Part shown: in pieces, positions 1 through 4,097 of the stretch | Layout of the letters: the number at the start of each line of letters is the position of its first letter | Position numbering within the stretch: position 1 is the first letter of the stretch | IMG/VR virus record: IMGVR_UViG_3300021431_000601 | Location: 1-16,666 of that record | Length of the DNA stretch: 16,666 nucleotides | DNA from: a virus | Direction: 5' to 3' (one strand) | The notes under the pieces: model-generated | Databases searched by the model: none | What the model saw: the letters and a program-made list of their open reading frames with translations, nothing else | Told to the model about the DNA's origin: nothing | Made by a program: the position numbers and the translations under genes

Positions 1-67
1 CGCATACCATTGATATTACTATGCTAGTACTAATGTTTGTGTAATTTGTACTAAAAAATGGTATTTT
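1..67. repeat. Left inverted terminal repeat (67 bp)
   Basis: Bases 1-67 are the exact reverse complement of 16600-16666. Identity breaks at base 68 (g) versus 16599 (t). Internal substructure: ATACCATT (4-11) / AATGGTAT (57-64) inverted pair, GTACTAA direct repeats at 27-33 and 48-54, and TACTA-tgc-TAGTA at 17-29. Confidence 0.97.
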
Positions 68-70
68 GTG

Positions 71-99
71 TTGACTTATTATTAATACTATGAGATAAT
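71..99 (+). promoter_or_regulatory. Left-end early promoter (sigma-A type, extended -10)
   Basis: -35 TTGACT at 71-76, 17-bp spacer, TG at 91-92, -10 GATAAT at 94-99. It lies immediately inside the ITR and upstream of the first + strand ORFs. Confidence 0.6.
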
Positions 100-127
100 A
101 TAATTAAGAAAGAGAGGTTAGATTGTT

Positions 128-274
128 ATGAGATATGTTGTATTAATGAACATGAAGTATTTAAATAGTTTTAGATGTTATGGAGATGCTGTTGATTATA
201 GAGATCATTATCAAAAGAAATATCCAAATAATATTGTAGAGATAATAACATATAATGAATTTAAAGGGAGATAA
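128..274 (+). CDS. Small hypothetical protein (48 aa), not in the supplied ORF track
   Basis: ATG at 128 is preceded by AGAGAGG (111-117). Hand translation gives MRYVVLMNMKYLNSFRCYGDAVDYRDHYQKKYPNNIVEIITYNEFKGR, with stop TAA at 272-274. It is the first ORF after the left promoter. No recognisable family. Confidence 0.3.
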   Translation: MRYVVLMNMKYLNSFRCYGDAVDYRDHYQKKYPNNIVEIITYNEFKGR

Positions 275-278
275 TAAT

Positions 279-482
279 ATGAGTAAAGTTAATATAAGAG
301 CCAAGCAATATTGGAAGTATAAAATTATTGAATATGAATATATAAGTATGAGTCATGGTGATGATGGAGATAAAATAGAAGTATGTAAAACATTACATAA
401 AACTAATAGCAAGTTAATATTCTGGCTAATAAAATTATGTTTAAAATTACAAGGAATTAAATATGAGGTAGTAAATGAATGA
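279..482 (+). CDS. Hypothetical early protein (67 aa)
   Basis: The track ORF is 255..482. ATG at 279 (MSKVNIR...) is preferred because AAGGGAG (264-270) sits 8 nt upstream, whereas ATG 255 has no SD. The stop overlaps the next gene start. Confidence 0.55.
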   Translation: MSKVNIRAKQYWKYKIIEYEYISMSHGDDGDKIEVCKTLHKTNSKLIFWLIKLCLKLQGIKYEVVNE

Positions 483-717
483 TGAAATATTAAAGTATAT
501 ATTAATGATGAAAACATTTAATAGTGAACTTATGGAATTAAATATTAAATACAGTGAACAAATTGAGAAATATAAAGATATTATTCTTGATTTAGAAAAT
601 GAAAGAGATATATTAAAAAGTAAATTATCTGAAACTAAAGCTGATCTACATTATTTATTAGAAAATGGTGAAAGTATTTATATTAGAAATAAATATATTA
701 GAGGTAATAAAGAGTGA
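475..717 (+). CDS. Small helical/coiled-coil early protein (80 aa), ends in ...RGNKE
   Basis: ATG at 475 follows GAGGT (464-468). The sequence is heptad-like and rich in charged residues. It ends in the junction cassette AGAGGTAATAAAGAGTGA (700-717), which overlaps the GTG start of the next gene. Confidence 0.6.
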   Translation: MNDEILKYILMMKTFNSELMELNIKYSEQIEKYKDIILDLENERDILKSKLSETKADLHYLLENGESIYIRNKYIRGNKE

Positions 718-968
718 GATTACAAATACAAAACGATAAAGAATATATAAAAGAATTAGAAAATTATATAGAAATATTAGAACACGAAGAAGATAGATTA
801 AGAGAAAAGTTATTAAACAAAGACAAAGAAATAGAAAGACTAAATAATATCATAAAAGAAGTAAGAGAATATATAGAAAATGGACAGGTTTTTGATATTT
901 CATTAGATAGAGAATTTGCTGTTTTTGATAGAAAAAAACTTTTAGAAATATTAGATAAAGTAGATTAG
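714..968 (+). CDS. Early paralog-family protein (84 aa) with EEDRLREKLLNKDKEIERLNNII module
   Basis: The GTG start overlaps the upstream TGA (GTGA at 714-717). It carries the 71-bp module 786-856, which is identical to 1161-1231. Confidence 0.7.
   Translation: MRLQIQNDKEYIKELENYIEILEHEEDRLREKLLNKDKEIERLNNIIKEVREYIENGQVFDISLDREFAVFDRKKLLEILDKVD
786..856 (+). repeat. 71-bp exact direct repeat, copy 1 (coding)
   Basis: GAAGAAGATAGATTAAGAGAAAAGTTATTAAACAAAGACAAAGAAATAGAAAGACTAAATAATATCATAAA is identical at 786-856 and 1161-1231. A 32-nt core (825-856) recurs at 1200-1231, 1484-1515 (1 mismatch) and 1883-1914 (1 mismatch). Confidence 0.95.
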
Positions 969-977
969 GAGGGTAAT

Positions 978-1337
978 ATGAAAGTAATAGATTTATTAAA
1001 TAAGATAGCAAATGGAGAAGAAGTACCAAAGAAAATAAAATATCATAATAGAATATACATAAAAAGAAGCGATTGCTATAACTATATATTAGAAAATGGT
1101 GGGTTTGATGATGAGTTAAAAGTAATTGTTGGTTGTTTAAATGATGAAGTAGAAATAATAGAAGAAGATAGATTAAGAGAAAAGTTATTAAACAAAGACA
1201 AAGAAATAGAAAGACTAAATAATATCATAAATGAAGCAATAAAATATATAAGAAGTAATGAATGGGGAATTGACTATGAACATAGTAATTGTAGAACTCA
1301 TTTATTAGATATTCTAAAAGGAAGTGATAAAGAGTGA
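978..1337 (+). CDS. Early paralog-family protein (119 aa): unrelated N-terminus + EEDRLREKLLNKDKEIERLNNII + ...ILKGSDKE
   Basis: ATG at 978 follows AGGAGGG (967-973). Contains repeat copy 2. The C-terminal cassette AAAGGAAGTGATAAAGAGTGA (1317-1337) overlaps the next GTG start. Confidence 0.75.
   Translation: MKVIDLLNKIANGEEVPKKIKYHNRIYIKRSDCYNYILENGGFDDELKVIVGCLNDEVEIIEEDRLREKLLNKDKEIERLNNIINEAIKYIRSNEWGIDYEHSNCRTHLLDILKGSDKE
1161..1231 (+). repeat. 71-bp exact direct repeat, copy 2 (coding)
   Basis: Identical to 786-856, and in frame in both host ORFs. Confidence 0.95.
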
Positions 1338-1639
1338 AGTTTGAATACAAAGTTAAATGTAGACATAAATTAGGCTGGAAAGAAATTAAAATTTATGCAG
1401 ATACTGATATTGAGGAGTTTTTTAACAGAAATGGAATTGAATATGTAAGAAACATTACTGACACAATAGAACATAGACAATTAAAAGAAATAGAAAGACT
1501 AAATAACATCATAAACGAATTAGAAAAAACATTATTAGAGTGGCACGAATATTGGGAAGATGATGATAGTTATAGTTGGCAATATAAAAATATTTATGAT
1601 TATTTACAAGAACTAAAAGGAAGTGATAGTAATGAGTGA
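1334..1639 (+). CDS. Early paralog-family protein (101 aa): KEIERLNNIINE core, ...LKGSDSNE tail
   Basis: GTG at 1334 overlaps TGA 1335-1337 and follows AAAGGAAG. Core motif copy at 1484-1515. Confidence 0.7.
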   Translation: MKFEYKVKCRHKLGWKEIKIYADTDIEEFFNRNGIEYVRNITDTIEHRQLKEIERLNNIINELEKTLLEWHEYWEDDDSYSWQYKNIYDYLQELKGSDSNE

Positions 1640-1811
1640 AGAATTATTAAAGTCGTTAGATGAAAAAATACTTGATGAAAAGTTTGAAAAGCTACAAAAA
1701 AATATAGAAAATTATTGTGGAGATTATGGAACGTTAGAAAGTAGATTAGAAGAAACCTTATGGATGATCTTAGATATTCTCAAAGATTTAAAAAAAGGTG
1801 ATAAAGAGTGA
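1632..1811 (+). CDS. Small early protein (59 aa), ...LKKGDKE tail, lacks the KEIERLNNII core
   Basis: The track gives 1623 (GTG). ATG at 1632 (MSEELL...) is preferred: it lies 9 nt downstream of AAAGGAAG (1615-1622) and overlaps the upstream stop (ATGAGTGA). Confidence 0.6.
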   Translation: MSEELLKSLDEKILDEKFEKLQKNIENYCGDYGTLESRLEETLWMILDILKDLKKGDKE

Positions 1812-2032
1812 AAGAAATAGAATTATTAAAAATAATATTCAAAGATAGTCCTGATATTTTAGAACCATTAAATGAAATAGACAAAGAAATAGAAAGATTA
1901 AATAATATCATAAATAAATTATTCGAATATTTAAAAGAAAATAGTAAACAACCTGAATTATTTGAAAGTGATAGATATTACGAAGATATTTTAGATAAAT
2001 TACAAGAGTTGTTAGGAAGTGATAAAGAGTGA
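1808..2032 (+). CDS. Early paralog-family protein (74 aa): DKEIERLNNIINK core, ...LLGSDKE tail
   Basis: GTG at 1808 overlaps TGA 1809-1811 and follows AAGGTGA. Core motif copy at 1883-1914. Confidence 0.7.
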   Translation: MKEIELLKIIFKDSPDILEPLNEIDKEIERLNNIINKLFEYLKENSKQPELFESDRYYEDILDKLQELLGSDKE

Positions 2033-2190
2033 ATAAAATTTACTTATATTTAAGAAATACTGAAAAGAATTTTTCATTCTTCAAATATTTTGATACTGAA
2101 TATGAAAAAGATGAGTTTAAGAGAAAGCTAAAGTTCATTCCTTATCTTATGTTAATTGAGGATTCAACTGATATGATATGGAGTTCTTAA
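2029..2190 (+). CDS. Small hypothetical protein (53 aa), not in the supplied ORF track
   Basis: GTG at 2029 overlaps TGA 2030-2032 in the same GATAAAGAGTGA cassette used by the three preceding junctions. Hand translation gives VNKIYLYLRNTEKNFSFFKYFDTEYEKDEFKRKLKFIPYLMLIEDSTDMIWSS, with stop TAA at 2188-2190. Confidence 0.4.
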   Translation: MNKIYLYLRNTEKNFSFFKYFDTEYEKDEFKRKLKFIPYLMLIEDSTDMIWSS

Positions 2191-2194
2191 TTAA

Positions 2195-2305
2195 CTCACT
2201 ACTTGTTAATAAGTAGTGAGAGTAACAAGTTAACCTCTCGTTACTCTCAGTGCTTATTAGCACTAAAAATAAGGGTGATGACCGACATCAGAACACCTAC
2301 GGGTG
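2195..2305 (+). ncRNA. Structured, relatively GC-rich noncoding element: candidate small RNA (pRNA-like?) or structured 5' leader of the SSB-like gene
   Basis: Five consecutive hairpins. H1: 2195-2204/2211-2220, 10 bp, loop GTTAAT. H2: 2221-2226/2240-2245, extendable to 9 bp in competition with H1, with a 13-nt loop containing GTTAAC and CCTCTC. H3: 2249-2254/2259-2264, loop TATT. H4: 2276-2280/2286-2290. H5: CACC-TACG-GGTG at 2294-2305. I counted 48 G+C in 2191-2310 (40%), visibly above the surrounding sequence. The strand and the boundaries are not established. Confidence 0.4.
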
Positions 2306-2318
2306 AGGAGGAAATTTT

Positions 2319-2774
2319 ATGAATGAAGAAAAAAGAACAGGAGTAAAAAATGCAATAATGGTTACATCAGATATTTTTGGTGAATCAAAAGCTAAAAGAA
2401 TGACATCACTTGATTTAAATGATGAAGAACAAGTTGATATGTTCTTAAATGCTCAAAATGATGCTGATTTTAAGCTAAATGATTGTGCTGGAAAAGTATT
2501 AACTATTATTGGAGCAACTATTGGAGAATATCCAAATGAAACAACTAATGAAGAAACTGGAGAAGTAATTATAAGAAAGAAACATTCACTTTGTTTATTT
2601 GATGAAGATGGAAAGAGTTATGTAACTGGTTCTGGAACTTGTTATTATAGCTTTGCTCAAATAGTAGCACTTAAAGGAATGCCAACAAAGGAATCACCTT
2701 TAAAAATTGAAGTTGTAAAAGTTCCAGCTGAAATTAAAGGACATGAATATTTAAAAGTTAAAATAGCTAAATAA
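2319..2774 (+). CDS. Putative OB-fold single-stranded DNA-binding protein (151 aa); the product assignment is tentative
   Basis: Strong SD GAGGAGG (2305-2311) lies 7 nt before the ATG. The layout (acidic N-terminal part, then KVLTIIGATIGE...ETGEVI...LFDEDGKSYVTGSG...) resembles phage SSBs of Firmicute phages as I remember them. This was not verified by search. The CDS itself is confident; the function is about 0.4. Confidence 0.6.
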   Translation: MNEEKRTGVKNAIMVTSDIFGESKAKRMTSLDLNDEEQVDMFLNAQNDADFKLNDCAGKVLTIIGATIGEYPNETTNEETGEVIIRKKHSLCLFDEDGKSYVTGSGTCYYSFAQIVALKGMPTKESPLKIEVVKVPAEIKGHEYLKVKIAK

Positions 2775-2803
2775 TTGAAAAAATAACCATCTTGTGCTAT
2801 ATA
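2775..2803 (+). promoter_or_regulatory. Internal promoter upstream of the lysis module (extended -10)
   Basis: -35 TTGAAA at 2775-2780, 17-bp spacer, TG at 2795-2796, -10 TATATA at 2798-2803. It is embedded in a long hairpin (2782-2793 / 2813-2824). Confidence 0.5.
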
Positions 2804-2829
2804 TTAGATAGAAAGGTGGTTATTATTTT

Positions 2830-3039
2830 ATGGAAGAATTATTTAAACTTATTGTTGATAATGGATTGGGTATTGGTTCATTTATAGCTCTTTTATATTT
2901 TATATTTACATATGTAAAAGAATTAAATGAAACAATGACAAGAATATCAAACACAATGATCCAGATGCAAATTAATATGGAAAAAATGACAGATAGAATT
3001 GATAAGATAGAAGAAAAGATTAATTTTAAGGAGGTATAA
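2830..3039 (+). CDS. Holin-like protein, BhlA/UviB-type (69 aa)
   Basis: One N-terminal TM segment (GLGIGSFIALLYFIFTYV) is followed by a charged helical tail ending ...DRIDKIEEKINFK. Size and layout match the BhlA/UviB holin-like peptides of Bacillus/Clostridium. It lies upstream of the endolysin. Confidence 0.7.
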   Translation: MEELFKLIVDNGLGIGSFIALLYFIFTYVKELNETMTRISNTMIQMQINMEKMTDRIDKIEEKINFKEV

Positions 3040-3042
3040 TTT

Positions 3043-3246
3043 ATGTTATCAAGAGAAGAGTTAAGATTATTAAATGAAATTTTAGGAGGTTTAGAACTAG
3101 ATGGAGAAAAAGACAAATTAAAAACTAAATTATCATTAATAATTGAACAATTAAACTTAATGGAAAAATCTCAAGAAGAAGTTGCTAAAATACAAGATAA
3201 AATTGTAGCTTTGGATGGTGATAAAGATGAGAAAAAAGAAGATTAA
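3043..3246 (+). CDS. Hypothetical acidic helical protein (67 aa)
   Basis: AAGGAGG (3028-3034) lies 8 nt before ATG 3043. No TM segment and no recognisable family. Confidence 0.65.
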   Translation: MLSREELRLLNEILGGLELDGEKDKLKTKLSLIIEQLNLMEKSQEEVAKIQDKIVALDGDKDEKKED

Positions 3247-3376
3247 AAAAGAAGAAATTAAAGAAGATGTAATTGTTGAAAATGAAGATATTGGAGAAGT
3301 TCTTCCAATAATAGCTGATGAAGATAATCCAGTAAGTGATGGAAAAGAATTTGCTGGAGGTGATGAGGATGAGTAA
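3227..3376 (+). CDS. Possible small overlapping ORF (49 aa, K/E/D-rich), not in the supplied track
   Basis: ATG at 3227 gives MRKKKIKKEEIKEDVIVENEDIGEVLPIIADEDNPVSDGKEFAGGDEDE. It overlaps the 3043 ORF by 20 nt. Its stop (TAA 3374-3376) overlaps the endolysin start (ATGAGTAA), filling an otherwise unexplained 120-nt gap. The SD is weak. Confidence 0.3.
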   Translation: MRKKKIKKEEIKEDVIVENEDIGEVLPIIADEDNPVSDGKEFAGGDEDE

Positions 3377-4097
3377 AACACCACAACAATTTTGTGATAA
3401 AGTATTAGGACATAAATTTGATGAAGATGGTCGTTATGGTTGCCAATGTGTTGATGGATTTAAAACTTGGATAAGAATTGAATTAGGTTTAAATATGGGA
3501 AAAGTTACTTTTTGTTCTCCAACTAATTTAGCAACATCAATTTGGGATAACTTTGAAGAACTAGGACTTGATAAATACTTTGATAAAGTAAGAGCTGATT
3601 CAATGGTTGATGGTGATTGGGCTATATGGGGAATAAAATCAAGAAGTTGTCCATCATCTCATATTGCTATGTTTAGAAAAGATTCTGGAAATAATTTAGG
3701 AATTTTCTTAGGACAAAATCAAAGTAATCATCTAGAATTTACTCAACAAAGAATTTATTATAATGGATTAAGAGGAGGATTAAGACCAAAGATTTATCAT
3801 GAGGAACCAGCACCAACTCCATCAAAAGAGCATCCAATTTATGAAACTTTAGGAGATATGTATGTTAGATGGGATGCATCATATAATGCTGGAATAAAGT
3901 TAGTAAAAGATTTAACTGAGGATGGAAAAAAACATGCAACATCACAAAATCCAAATAGTTATGCTGTTTATAAAAAAGGAACTAGATTCACTTGTTATGA
4001 AACTAAAGACAAAGGATTTGGATTATGGGGAAGAAGTCCATCTGGATGGATTTGTATAAAAGGTAAATCTGGAACAGTTTATTGTAAGGAAGTTTAA
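3369..4097 (+). CDS. Endolysin: N-terminal CHAP domain + C-terminal SH3-like cell-wall-binding domain (242 aa)
   Basis: The CHAP catalytic context is present: GRYGCQCVDGF (Cys) and PSSHIAMF (His). A proline-rich linker (EEPAPTPSKE) follows. The C-terminal region ending ...GLWGRSPSGWICIKG is typical of bacterial SH3 domains. Start moved from 3336 to ATG 3369, which lies 8 nt after GGAGG (3356-3360). Confidence 0.85.
   Translation: MSKTPQQFCDKVLGHKFDEDGRYGCQCVDGFKTWIRIELGLNMGKVTFCSPTNLATSIWDNFEELGLDKYFDKVRADSMVDGDWAIWGIKSRSCPSSHIAMFRKDSGNNLGIFLGQNQSNHLEFTQQRIYYNGLRGGLRPKIYHEEPAPTPSKEHPIYETLGDMYVRWDASYNAGIKLVKDLTEDGKKHATSQNPNSYAVYKKGTRFTCYETKDKGFGLWGRSPSGWICIKGKSGTVYCKEV

Noticed and set aside
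99-104. Perfect TATAAT hexamer at 99-104 as the left promoter -10
   Set aside because: It is 22 bp from the only good -35 (TTGACT 71-76). TGaGATAAT at 91-99 gives the canonical 17-bp spacer and an extended -10, so the overlapping TATAAT is probably incidental.
255-278. N-terminal extensions of several track ORFs: 255 vs 279, 1623 vs 1632, 3336 vs 3369, 4758 vs 4764, 13647 vs 13605, 16553 vs 16547
   Set aside because: In each case a downstream in-frame ATG has a canonical SD at 6-9 nt spacing. The longest-ORF start has no SD, abuts the SD, or overlaps the upstream gene extensively. The shorter calls were adopted.
825-1914. Four copies of a ~32-nt repeat at irregular intervals, considered as a CRISPR-like or iteron array
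   Set aside because: The spacing is irregular (375, 284 and 399 bp). Every copy is in frame within an ORF and encodes the same peptide (KEIERLNNII), and the mismatches are at third codon positions. It is best explained as a shared protein module, not a CRISPR array or iterons.
2195-2264. Three adjacent hairpins considered as a tRNA gene
   Set aside because: There is no acceptor stem closing the three arms. The stem lengths (10, 6 and 6 bp) and loop sizes do not fit a cloverleaf, and there is no T-loop GTTCRA or D-loop consensus.
2249-2275. Hairpin AGUGCU-UAUU-AGCACU followed by AAAAAUAAGGG, considered as a preQ1-I-type riboswitch
   Set aside because: The 4-nt loop is too small to form the ligand pocket and pseudoknot of preQ1-I aptamers, and the conserved loop nucleotides are absent.
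2782-2829. Long hairpin after the SSB-like gene, considered as a simple rho-independent terminator
   Set aside because: The loop is 19 nt. The downstream tract (ATTATTTTA) is interrupted, and the right arm is the SD of the next gene. It is treated instead as a possible regulatory hairpin with a nested promoter (see findings).
2823-3116. 97-aa ORF on the minus strand, antisense to the holin-like gene and the 3043 ORF
   Set aside because: It lies entirely antisense to well-supported + strand genes with strong SDs. The translation is low-complexity and S/I/N-rich, typical of the reverse frame of AT-rich coding DNA. There is no SD and no minus-strand promoter context.
3157-3384. 75-aa ORF on the minus strand
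   Set aside because: It is antisense to the + strand lysis-module ORFs. The product is a low-complexity S/F/I-rich peptide with no SD, so it is most likely a frame artefact.
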